Shown here: piece after piece, positions 38,222 to 47,290 of the stretch
Position numbering within the stretch: position 1 is the stretch's first letter
Layout of the letters: each line of letters starts with the position of its first letter
IMG/VR virus record: IMGVR_UViG_3300008952_000062
Coordinates: 1 to 55,361 of that record
DNA: 55,361 bases
Source of the DNA: a virus
Taxonomy: Duplodnaviria; Caudoviricetes
Strand: one strand, 5' to 3'
Notes under the pieces: generated by a model
What the model saw: the letters and a program-made list of their open reading frames with translations, nothing else
What the model was told of the DNA's origin: nothing
Database searches by the model: none
Translations under genes and position numbers: made by a program

Positions 38222-41092
38222 TTGAAAATGGCAGATTCAAGAAAATTTAGATTTGTATCCCCCGGAGTTTTCCTCGATGAAATCGATAAATCTCAACTCC
38301 CAAAAACACCACAGGACATTGGTCCCGTAGTTGTCGGTAGAACCCTCAGAGGTCCAGGACTGAAACCAATTAGAGTTACCTCGATGGCAGAGTTTGAGGC
38401 AGTATTTGGAAGTCCCGTTGCCGGAGGTGAGACTGGGGATGTGTGGAGAAACGGTAATAAAACCTCTCCTATGTATGCCACTTATGCGGCACAAGCATGG
38501 TTGAAAAATTCCAGCGCATTAACAGTTGTTAGATTATTGGGAGCAAAACATCCAGAGGCAGACACCAACGGTGCCGCAGGGTGGTCGGTAAAAGCTCCTG
38601 GAAACAACACCAGTACTCATGGTGGGGCTTACGGCCTTTTCATCATGCCCTCTGGTTCCGGAGCATCAATTGATGCCCAACTTGCAGCAGTCTGGTATCT
38701 TGATGGAGGATATGTCAAACTCCAGGGAAGTTACGCATCAGGAGACGCCAGTGCCGACGGTGTTGGTACGGTTGTTCGTTCTTCTGGTGGAGACTTCCAG
38801 TTCAAGGCAGTTATCGGCAAGGGCAATGCTACGACATTGACTTCCTCATTTGACCTGAACCCAAATTCAGATCTTTATATTAGAAAAGTTTTCAATACAG
38901 ACCCAACCATGCTGGGTGACATCAACACAGCAAAGTCAGACTATTTCTTGGGTGAAACTTTTGAGAGAGACATCTATGATACAGTCGGTGTTGCCAATGC
39001 TCAGTCGGGCAAAGCACTTGCTGTTGTCCTTCCGATTAAGAATGGACATACACACGAGAGAGCAGTAACTTCTGCACGTTCAGGTATCGTAATCGCACAG
39101 GATTTGACAACAAACTGGGCTGGATATGCGGCCGCCTCTCAGGAAGAGTTATTCACACTTGTTGCTCTGGATGAAGGGGAGGAAGCACAACGAAAAGTTA
39201 AACTTTCCATTTCCGACATCAAAGCTTCTTTAGATCCCAAGAACGATCCCTATGGAACCTTCACCGTTGAAGTCCGAGACATTAACGATCACGATGGAAA
39301 CAAAAAACCTTTGGAATCTTTTACTGGTTGTAATCTCAATCCGAATTCTCCAAATTTCCTTGCAGCAAAAGTTGGTGACAAGTATCGAACATGGGACAAC
39401 ACAAAGAGGAGATATAATGTATATGGTGATTACAACAATCAATCGAAATACATCCGAGTTGACTTGAAGGAGAAGGTTGCTAATGGTGGGTTAAATCCAC
39501 TATCCCTACCTTTCGGTTTTAAAGGTCCAACTAGACTCTCTTCCACATCTATTACTGCTGGACAAGGTGGCACCGTCACTGGAACAACTGTTCACGGTGC
39601 CAATGACTTGGCAGCAAGTATTGTCAAGCCCGGTGGATTGGATAACTGCAACTTGGTAGTTTCCTCCTCGGTCGGTGCAACACTATCCACGGTTGTTTGC
39701 AAGTTCCCCCGAATCTCACTTAGAACATCAAGTTCTGATGGCGGATTGACAGATCCTTCGGCTGCCTATTTTGGATTCGATTCAACGGAGAGAACTACCA
39801 ATAAGTTTGAAAAGAGTAACCTTGATTTGCTGAGAGCAAAACCAAGTTTTTATGATTCCTTTGATGGTTCCCAAGCAGGTGTCGAGCATCAAACAACTTT
39901 TACACTGGATGACGTTAGATACGTCTCAAGTTCAGTTGCCGTCCAACCCGACGGAGTTTATCTTGCAGGTTCCCGAACCGCAGGTCTTTCTATTACGGCA
40001 AACACCAGTGCCACTAAGATTCCAACCGGAGGGTACAGCGGATCCTATACTGCTGTCCTCGACGCAGGTTTCGATTCATTCACGATGCCACTCTTCGGTG
40101 GTTCTGACGGACTCGACATCAAGGAAAGAGATCCTTTCCGCAATACCCTCCTCACTGGCAAGTCGGAAACTAACAGTTCTCCGTTCCACTCTCTCAAGAG
40201 AGCAATCGACTCTGTGTCGGACTCGGAGGTGGTAGAGATGAATGCTGCATGTGTTCCGGGAATTACGAACACCAGCATTACTGACCACTTGATTCAAACT
40301 TGCGAGAACAGAGCAGATTCCTTGGCCATCATCGACCTTCCAGGTGGATATGAGCCAACGCACGAATCAACTTCTACTGCCGCAACGAGACAAGGTTCTG
40401 TTGACTCGGTAGTGAATAAGTTGAAGAATCGTGGATTGAACACGAGTTATGCTTGTGCATTCCATCCTTGGGTGCAAGTACGTGATACAGCAGGTCCAGG
40501 TACCTTGATTTGGATGCCACCTTCCATCGCAGCATTGGGAACTTTCTCAACGACTGATAAGGTAGCAGCACCTTGGTTCGCACCAGCAGGATTCACCAGA
40601 GGTGGATTGACTGATGGAGCAGCAGGTGTACCGGTTGTCGGCGTGCGTGAGCAACTCTCCAGAAAAGAGAGAGATAAACTCTATGAAAGGTGTGTCAACC
40701 CAATTGCCAAATTCCCAGCAGAAGGAATTGTAATCTTTGGTCAAAAGACCTTGCAGACGACACCTTCCGCACTTGACAGAATCAACGTCCGTCGTTTGAT
40801 GATTCATGTGAAAAAGGGAATTTCTAGAATTGCCTCCACGTTACTGTTCACCCCCAATGTACAGGCAACATGGGATAGATTCACTGGTGAAGCAAACCCA
40901 TTTTTGCAGAAAATCAAAAACGATTTCGGTTTGACGGACTTCAAGGTTGTCTTGGACGACTCAACAACCACAGCAGATTTGGTAGATAGAAATATTATGT
41001 ATGCCAAGGTTCTTTTGAAACCAACCAGAACTGCCGAGTATATTGCGATTGATTTTACAATTCTTCGCAGTGGAGCATCTTTTGATGACTAA
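38222..41092 (+). CDS. gp18: Tail sheath protein (gp18-like); start may be the ATG at 38228
   Basis: FVSPGVFLDEID, PWFAPAGFTRG, VNPIAKFP, GQKTLQ..SALDRINVRRL, LKPTRTAEYIAIDF. Confidence 0.95.
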   Translation: MKMADSRKFRFVSPGVFLDEIDKSQLPKTPQDIGPVVVGRTLRGPGLKPIRVTSMAEFEAVFGSPVAGGETGDVWRNGNKTSPMYATYAAQAWLKNSSALTVVRLLGAKHPEADTNGAAGWSVKAPGNNTSTHGGAYGLFIMPSGSGASIDAQLAAVWYLDGGYVKLQGSYASGDASADGVGTVVRSSGGDFQFKAVIGKGNATTLTSSFDLNPNSDLYIRKVFNTDPTMLGDINTAKSDYFLGETFERDIYDTVGVANAQSGKALAVVLPIKNGHTHERAVTSARSGIVIAQDLTTNWAGYAAASQEELFTLVALDEGEEAQRKVKLSISDIKASLDPKNDPYGTFTVEVRDINDHDGNKKPLESFTGCNLNPNSPNFLAAKVGDKYRTWDNTKRRYNVYGDYNNQSKYIRVDLKEKVANGGLNPLSLPFGFKGPTRLSSTSITAGQGGTVTGTTVHGANDLAASIVKPGGLDNCNLVVSSSVGATLSTVVCKFPRISLRTSSSDGGLTDPSAAYFGFDSTERTTNKFEKSNLDLLRAKPSFYDSFDGSQAGVEHQTTFTLDDVRYVSSSVAVQPDGVYLAGSRTAGLSITANTSATKIPTGGYSGSYTAVLDAGFDSFTMPLFGGSDGLDIKERDPFRNTLLTGKSETNSSPFHSLKRAIDSVSDSEVVEMNAACVPGITNTSITDHLIQTCENRADSLAIIDLPGGYEPTHESTSTAATRQGSVDSVVNKLKNRGLNTSYACAFHPWVQVRDTAGPGTLIWMPPSIAALGTFSTTDKVAAPWFAPAGFTRGGLTDGAAGVPVVGVREQLSRKERDKLYERCVNPIAKFPAEGIVIFGQKTLQTTPSALDRINVRRLMIHVKKGISRIASTLLFTPNVQATWDRFTGEANPFLQKIKNDFGLTDFKVVLDDSTTTADLVDRNIMYAKVLLKPTRTAEYIAIDFTILRSGASFDD

Positions 41093-41106
41093 AAATAAAA
41101 ATAGAA

Positions 41107-41114
41107 AGTATTTA
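41107..41114 (+). promoter_or_regulatory. Putative late promoter variant AGTATTTA
   Basis: Upstream of the tube gene SD AAGGAG. Confidence 0.45.
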
Positions 41115-41134
41115 CATTAAGGAGAATTATACAA

Positions 41135-41722
41135 ATGGCAAATTTTTGGACAAACCCTGAAACATCCCCTAAGAGAAGTTATAGATTTACTTGCAGTATT
41201 GGAGGAATTGGAGAGGACAACACTTGGTTGGTAACTCAAGTCAAGAAACCTTCTGCGACCGTCGGTGAAGTAAGTCATAAATATCTCAATCATACTTTTT
41301 ATTATCCCGGCCGCGTCGAGTGGGATACCGTAAACGTAACCTTGGTAGACCCCATTTCTCCCTCGGCCGCAGGTAAAATGGCAGGCATCCTTGCAGGGTG
41401 TGGATACATCATACCTGGTACGAACAATGTCACTGATGCAATTACGAAAAAGAAGGCAGTCGATGCCCTGAAGAGTTTCAGAATTCGTCAATTTTCAACT
41501 GATGCGAATAATGTCGTAGAAGAGTGGGAATTGAAAAATGCTTTTATTACAAATGTGGATTTTGGTGAGTTGAGTTACGAAAGTGACGACTTAACAAATG
41601 TCACACTTACTGTAAGATATGATTGGGCAGAGTTAAAGACGGGTGACGGCACTGCCAGTGTTGGTGAAACAGACGACCCAACAAAGGGCATGGGCAAGTT
41701 TTTCGAACCCAAGGCTGATTAG
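41135..41722 (+). CDS. gp19: Tail tube protein (gp19-like)
   Basis: PKRSYRF, YYPGRVEW..V.VTLVDP, EEWELKNAF, FGELSY, LTVRYDWA; follows the sheath gene. Confidence 0.9.
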   Translation: MANFWTNPETSPKRSYRFTCSIGGIGEDNTWLVTQVKKPSATVGEVSHKYLNHTFYYPGRVEWDTVNVTLVDPISPSAAGKMAGILAGCGYIIPGTNNVTDAITKKKAVDALKSFRIRQFSTDANNVVEEWELKNAFITNVDFGELSYESDDLTNVTLTVRYDWAELKTGDGTASVGETDDPTKGMGKFFEPKAD

Positions 41723-41738
41723 AGAAAGATAGGTTTTT

Positions 41739-42596
41739 ATGACAAAAAGAAATAATCTCGATAAGATCGGGGGGGAAGTAGATACTTCTGCCCCTGTTTC
41801 TGTATCTGGAGATCAACTGAGTTTCGCGGTGCCAACCGAATTCGTAGAACTCCCATCGGGAGGAGCATATTACTCCGAAGATCACCCCCTGTACAGGCAG
41901 GAAACTATTGAAATAAAATACATGACAGCAAAAGAGGAAGACATTCTTAATTCTTCAGCTTTGTTGAAAAATGGAACAGCAATAGATAGAATGTTGCAGA
42001 GTGTCATTCTTGACAAGAATGTGAAGGTTCAAGATCTGCTTATTGGAGACAAGAATGCACTCACCGTCGCGGCAAGGATTTCGGGATACGGACCAGGGTA
42101 TGCTGTAAGAGTCCCATGCCCCAGTTGCCATAAGTCCTCCGACGTTGATGTTGATTTGGAGAGCGCTAAGAAATTCTCCGGAGCAATAAAGGGATCAGTT
42201 GGGGAATTGGATAATGTGGAAATGAGTGATGCAGGACTTCCTCTTGTAAACCTGCCAAAGACAGGGCTGCAAGTTGAAATAAGATTTCTTAGTTCAAAAG
42301 ACGAAAAGGATTTGGAAAAAATGGAACAGAATATGGAAAAGCACAAGCTCCCTCCAAGTTCGTTCACCAACCTTTTGAAAAGAATTGTTGCATCAGTAAA
42401 CGGGAGTAGGGATCCTTCTGTAGTTTCGAACTTCGTTGAGTCGATGCCAGCAATAGACTCCAGATTCCTTCGGGGAGTTTATAAGATAATCAATCCTACA
42501 ATGAATTTGGAGCACGACTTTTCTTGCCAACATTGTGGAACAGGTGGGCCCGTGGAGGTGCCCATCACTCCTACGTTTTTTTGGCCTGACGAATGA
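41739..42596 (+). CDS. Baseplate hub/tail assembly chaperone (T4 gp26-like)
   Basis: VELPSGG, IKYMTAKEEDIL, LLIGDKNA...ARISGYG; two CxxC (CPSC, CQHC); ends FFWP. Confidence 0.8.
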   Translation: MTKRNNLDKIGGEVDTSAPVSVSGDQLSFAVPTEFVELPSGGAYYSEDHPLYRQETIEIKYMTAKEEDILNSSALLKNGTAIDRMLQSVILDKNVKVQDLLIGDKNALTVAARISGYGPGYAVRVPCPSCHKSSDVDVDLESAKKFSGAIKGSVGELDNVEMSDAGLPLVNLPKTGLQVEIRFLSSKDEKDLEKMEQNMEKHKLPPSSFTNLLKRIVASVNGSRDPSVVSNFVESMPAIDSRFLRGVYKIINPTMNLEHDFSCQHCGTGGPVEVPITPTFFWPDE

Positions 42597-42771
42597 ATAC
42601 GTTGAGTCTGTTTATGAGGAGATTTTCAACCTCAAACATCATGGCGGTTGGAGCTTCATAGAGGTATACAATCTACCTATACAGATTAGAAGATGGTTTT
42701 TGAGAAGGTTGGTAAAACAATTCGAAGATGAGAAAAAAGCACAAGAGCAGGCATCCAAAAAGAACAGGTGA
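42576..42771 (+). CDS. Downstream chaperone segment (gp51-like), probably reached by frameshift
   Basis: FFGLTNEYVESVYEEIFNLKHHGGWSFIEVYNLPIQIRRWFL. No ATG or SD of its own; overlaps the upstream ORF at a T7 tract. Confidence 0.65.
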
Positions 42772-42788
42772 TGCTTTCTCTTTTCTTT

Positions 42789-42796
42789 ACTATTTA
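42789..42796 (+). promoter_or_regulatory. Putative late promoter ACTATTTA
   Basis: Upstream of SD GGAGGA and the ATG at 42816. Confidence 0.6.
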
Positions 42797-42815
42797 TTAG
42801 TTGGAGGACTTGCAT

Positions 42816-43139
42816 ATGGGAAATGAGAAGATTACAATAGACCTCAATGCAGCTGCAAATGGTGAACTCAATGAGAGTTTCTTGAAGATGTTTGGCAATG
42901 TCGTTAAGACTGCAATGACATATGTCTTCGGTGGAAATGTTTCTGTTCCCGTAAACGTGAAAGGCACCAAGAAACAGATCGGTGATTTCGCAAAAGTCCT
43001 CGGAAAAGAAAAGAGATACCTTTCAGCATACCAGAGATACGGACTAGACAACCCAATCACTCACCGAAATCGAGCAAGTCTTAACACTGCTGTAAAAAAC
43101 TTTGAGAAAAGCACAAAGATAAAGTGGCCTTTCAAATAG
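42816..43139 (+). CDS. Hypothetical protein
   Basis: SD GGAGGA supports the ATG at 42816; ends FEKSTKIKWPFK. Confidence 0.75.
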   Translation: MGNEKITIDLNAAANGELNESFLKMFGNVVKTAMTYVFGGNVSVPVNVKGTKKQIGDFAKVLGKEKRYLSAYQRYGLDNPITHRNRASLNTAVKNFEKSTKIKWPFK

Positions 43140-43153
43140 AGGGGGCACACTAA

Positions 43154-46141
43154 GTGGCAGAAATAACAAAGCAACAATTAGATACACTAAATGATCTATT
43201 AAAGAGACTCACTGATAATTTGTCTCCGGAAAAAGGTGGTGGCACTAGAGATCCTCTTCGTAATACTCCAGATGGAGGAGAGATGCCAAATCCGGAGGAT
43301 GCAAAAACAATTCGAGAACAAATTCGTTCAGCACTTCAGTTGAAGGAGATAGCAGAACAGCACCTTAGAATTTCGGAGGCATCGGCCGAAGTCCAAAATC
43401 AAAAAAGGCAACAACTTGAAGATAATGTTGCCATTCTAGACGAATCGGACAAGATCCTACTAAGCATCTTGCAGGGTGACGAACAAGCACTCAAGGCACA
43501 GCAAGATAAGCTAGTTGAATCTAAAAAAATTCTAAAAGTGCATGAAGATCTAAGCGATGAACTGGATGAAATAAACGAAAAGTATGAAACAGCAGCATCA
43601 TATGGTGAAGAACTGGCAAAATCTGCGGGTAGAATGTTGGGAATGTCTGAACCAAAAAAAGGCGGCATTTCTGATGTATTGAAAAACCTCGCCGCAGGTG
43701 GAGAGAGGCAGCAACAGACCCTAAAGGGATTAAGTAAGGGTTTTTCGAGCATGTTTTCCATGTCGAATATTGCCGTCCAAGGACTGCAAAAAATGGCAGA
43801 AGCAGCAATCTTCGTTGGGGCCCGTTTTGACAAGATGAGTGTCGAGTTCGGCAAGGCCACCGGCACAGGAAGAAAGTACACGACCCAAATGATTGAGTCA
43901 TCCGTAGCTACGGATGGATTAATTGCGTCAACCGGTGAACTAATGGAGTCTGCTGCAAAACTCCAAAATGCGTTAGCAGGAGTCGGTGGAATTTCAAGAC
44001 AACAGACTCTAGCATTCAGGGAAGTCCAGATAGCAACAGAGAGACTCGGTGTATCCTCGGAAGATTTCTCTCAAATAATGAGTGATCAGGTCGTTGGCAT
44101 GGGCAAGTCCACAGAACAGGCACAAGAAACATTTGCGAGACTTCAGGGCGCAGCAGATAACATGGGAATGTCATTTGGAGATTTGACTTCGCAATTTAGA
44201 GGATCTATGGGATCTTTTTCTGCCTTTGGTAGTAACATGGAGAAAACATTCCTCCGATCTGCCGGAGTTGCAAGACAACTTGGAATGGAGCTTGGTGACG
44301 TTGTTGCTATGGGTGAAAAGTTCGACACCTTTGAGGGAGCAGCAAACACAGTTTCCGATCTTAACTACATCATGGGAGGACAGTTCCTAGATACTATGGA
44401 GTTGATGTCCATTCAGGCCGAAAAAGGACCGGCCGGTGTAGCAGAAGCAATAAAGGAGCAGATGGATGCAACAGGAAAATCTTTTGAGGACTTCACATAT
44501 CATCAAAAGAAGGCCATGGCTGATGCGATGGGGATGTCGGTTGATAAGGTTGCCAAGTTTATGAATGGGACATTAGATATTTCCAAACTAGATGAAACCG
44601 AGGCAGCTAGGGCAGACATGACAAATTTATTAAAGTTGGGTAACGATGCTATTACTATCATGGAAAAACTGGCAACAATTGTCACACAATCGTTTGATCG
44701 AATTGGCAAGTTCTTGGCACCCCTGACCAAAACTATATCGGACTTCATCGGCAACCACAAGGGTCTGATGGAGGGAGTCGCATCAGGAGCCCTTGTCCTT
44801 GGTGGAGCAATTACCGCCATAGCTGGTGGATTTACTCTACTCAAGGGAGCGATGGGTGCGAAGAAAATGTTCGGTGGAATGAAAGAGAGCATAGGAGGAA
44901 TGATCTCTGGTGGCATTAAGGGGTTTAAAGAAGGCGGAGTAAAGGGAGCCCTCGGTGGAGCATTCGGTGGAGCCATGAGTGGAGAGAAGACAGGGAAGCT
45001 TGGCACCGCAACGAACCCAATGCACGTTAAGGTTGTTGGTGGTTCACCCGGTGCCGACACCGCAGGCAACCTCTTCGGTGGCAAAGGCAAGGGAAAAGAA
45101 TTTCTCACAACAGGAGAAAAGGGAAAAAGGTTCAGGATAGATAAGCAGGGTAGAATATATGACTCCACAGAACGATTGGCCAGGATAAAAGCATCAACAA
45201 AGGCATCGCCAAAACCAAAAGGTCGTCTTGGGAGAATGTTCGGTTCCATCCGAAACTTTGGTGGAAAGATACCTGGCCTTGGTGCGGTGAAATCATTAGG
45301 GTCTAAAGCACTTGGTGGAGTTAAATCACTTGGTTCTAAAGCAATGACGGGAGTGTCAAAGATGAATCCGGCTAAATTACTTCAAAGTGGATTGATGAAG
45401 AATGCTGGAAAGTTAGTTGCCAAAGCAGCAGGCCCCATTATCTCTACGGTCATGGGAATAGCAAGTATTGGGAGTATCCTATCTTCCGATATGCCAAAAG
45501 CAGAAAAAGCAAAAGCACTATTGGGAGAGGCGGGTGGCATCATCGGGGGCATCTTGGGTGGTGTAGTCGGAACCATCGGTGGACCATTCGGTTCCATAGC
45601 AGGTGCATTGGGTGGTCAATATTTGGGACAACTGGTCGCAGGAAATGAGACTATACAGGGGGCACTAGCTCCTCATATAGCAAAATTACTGCCGGATGAT
45701 CCGGGAGAAAAGAAGACTGTAACTAAGAAGACGGCAAAACCAATATCACCGAAACCATCTGCCAAGGGAATTGCCAGTGGCATGACCAATGCTTTTGCTG
45801 CACTAGATAATGCCCAAGACAGCACCACCACAAAAGCAGTAAAGTTGTATTCGACAGACCCCAAGTTTAAAGAGATGGTTGACAATAAAGCAGCAGCAGG
45901 TGACATGGCAGCAGTTCACGTACAATCAAATGCAAAGATCGCAGCAGGCAAATCTATAATCCCCTCGGCACCAAAACCCGCCCCACCAGTCCCAGTATCC
46001 ACGGTCAGTCCACAGACACAACCATCAGCCATGCAGGCTCCCACCAAACCTGTTGAGGTCAACGTCGGGATAAACGTGGACGACCGCAAGTTGAGAGAAA
46101 TTTTTACAACCACTGTTGAAAAGGTGATAGCTCCGGCATAG
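43154..46141 (+). CDS. Tape measure protein
   Basis: 995 aa, helical, A/G/M-rich, with Gly-rich hydrophobic stretches; lies after tube and chaperone, before the baseplate genes. Confidence 0.8.
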   Translation: MAEITKQQLDTLNDLLKRLTDNLSPEKGGGTRDPLRNTPDGGEMPNPEDAKTIREQIRSALQLKEIAEQHLRISEASAEVQNQKRQQLEDNVAILDESDKILLSILQGDEQALKAQQDKLVESKKILKVHEDLSDELDEINEKYETAASYGEELAKSAGRMLGMSEPKKGGISDVLKNLAAGGERQQQTLKGLSKGFSSMFSMSNIAVQGLQKMAEAAIFVGARFDKMSVEFGKATGTGRKYTTQMIESSVATDGLIASTGELMESAAKLQNALAGVGGISRQQTLAFREVQIATERLGVSSEDFSQIMSDQVVGMGKSTEQAQETFARLQGAADNMGMSFGDLTSQFRGSMGSFSAFGSNMEKTFLRSAGVARQLGMELGDVVAMGEKFDTFEGAANTVSDLNYIMGGQFLDTMELMSIQAEKGPAGVAEAIKEQMDATGKSFEDFTYHQKKAMADAMGMSVDKVAKFMNGTLDISKLDETEAARADMTNLLKLGNDAITIMEKLATIVTQSFDRIGKFLAPLTKTISDFIGNHKGLMEGVASGALVLGGAITAIAGGFTLLKGAMGAKKMFGGMKESIGGMISGGIKGFKEGGVKGALGGAFGGAMSGEKTGKLGTATNPMHVKVVGGSPGADTAGNLFGGKGKGKEFLTTGEKGKRFRIDKQGRIYDSTERLARIKASTKASPKPKGRLGRMFGSIRNFGGKIPGLGAVKSLGSKALGGVKSLGSKAMTGVSKMNPAKLLQSGLMKNAGKLVAKAAGPIISTVMGIASIGSILSSDMPKAEKAKALLGEAGGIIGGILGGVVGTIGGPFGSIAGALGGQYLGQLVAGNETIQGALAPHIAKLLPDDPGEKKTVTKKTAKPISPKPSAKGIASGMTNAFAALDNAQDSTTTKAVKLYSTDPKFKEMVDNKAAAGDMAAVHVQSNAKIAAGKSIIPSAPKPAPPVPVSTVSPQTQPSAMQAPTKPVEVNVGINVDDRKLREIFTTTVEKVIAPA

Positions 46142-46154
46142 GAGGGGAAAATAG

Positions 46155-46934
46155 ATGACGCAGAAACAGAAACCATTCTTTAGTTCCGGATTGGAAAACG
46201 ATGTCAGTGACAATCTTGCTAATCACTCAAAATTGTTCATCGAGATACTTCACGTTCCAAGTTCGGAGAGTGTGAGATTCAAAGCATTCGTAACGCAGTT
46301 TGATGATCAGTATCAAACGGAATTCAACCAAGAGCAGGTCTTTGGTCGCATGGATTCGATACAGTCCTATAGGGGAACAACTAGACAAATTCAGTTGTCG
46401 TGGGATGTACCTTCGTCAACATTGGCAGAAGCAAAAGAGCATATGAGTCGATGCTCAAAGTTGATGAACATGTTATATCCTGTTTATTCCAAGTCCCAGG
46501 GTGGCAAGGTTATGAGTGCCCCTCCTATTTTCAAAATGAAGTTTGCTAATTTAATACAGAACGCCACCGGAAAGGCAAATGCTGGAGCAGAAGATTCTGG
46601 ATTATTCGGGACGATAAGTGGGTTCTCCTATACTCCGGACATGGAGTCTGGATTCTTCAATGAGACGGAGGGAACGGAGACAAAGATTTATCCACAAACT
46701 ATTTCACTTTCTTGTACCTTTACTGTTGTCCACACTCACGATCTGGGGTGGGAAAAGTCCCAGAACTCTGACGGAGAATCTTTATCTCCTGCGACCAAGA
46801 ACTATCCCTACGGTGACATAAAAGTACCGAATAAGAAAATTTCCAATACTGCCCCCATAGGCAATGGGGGAACCGGAACAATTGACGATGATGTCAAGAA
46901 TGCACAAAACTTAAAAAATGGTATAACAAACTAG
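46155..46934 (+). CDS. Baseplate/tube initiator-like protein
   Basis: FKAFVTQFDD..E...VFGRMD.I..Y.GT.R.I.LSW, APPIFKMKFANLI; post-tape-measure position. Confidence 0.65.
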   Translation: MTQKQKPFFSSGLENDVSDNLANHSKLFIEILHVPSSESVRFKAFVTQFDDQYQTEFNQEQVFGRMDSIQSYRGTTRQIQLSWDVPSSTLAEAKEHMSRCSKLMNMLYPVYSKSQGGKVMSAPPIFKMKFANLIQNATGKANAGAEDSGLFGTISGFSYTPDMESGFFNETEGTETKIYPQTISLSCTFTVVHTHDLGWEKSQNSDGESLSPATKNYPYGDIKVPNKKISNTAPIGNGGTGTIDDDVKNAQNLKNGITN

Positions 46935-46946
46935 GAGAAGTAGATA

Positions 46947-47288
46947 ATGTCTGACAGAATGGGAAATAGAAAAATTTATTACAACTCCAAGGATATCTAT
47001 AAGCACCTTCGGAAAGAGAGGGGAAAAACGGAGTTCATAAAACACTACGGAACACCCACTCTCAGGAGGTTGACGGTGGAAGAGATTTCAACACTGGATA
47101 TCATAAATGTTCAGTGGACGGTAGGTTCGAAACTCTTCAAATTAGCGCATAAATTTTATGGAGACTCTAAGTTGTGGTGGGTTATTGCGGCGTTCAATCA
47201 GAAGCCAACAGATTCCCATTTCTCCCCAGGAGACACAGTTTATGTACCAGTTCCTTTGGAGAGGGTATTGGATTTGTATGAGGTGTAG
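46947..47288 (+). CDS. LysM-like baseplate protein (gp53/TailX-like)
   Basis: LFKLAHKFYGDSKLWWVIAAFN...PGDTVYVP. Confidence 0.8.
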   Translation: MSDRMGNRKIYYNSKDIYKHLRKERGKTEFIKHYGTPTLRRLTVEEISTLDIINVQWTVGSKLFKLAHKFYGDSKLWWVIAAFNQKPTDSHFSPGDTVYVPVPLERVLDLYEV

Positions 47289-47290
47289 GT

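Noticed and set aside
42535-42575. GTG start at 42535 for the second chaperone ORF
   Set aside because: No SD, and the first 14 codons look like off-frame translation; protein-like sequence begins at the T7 tract.
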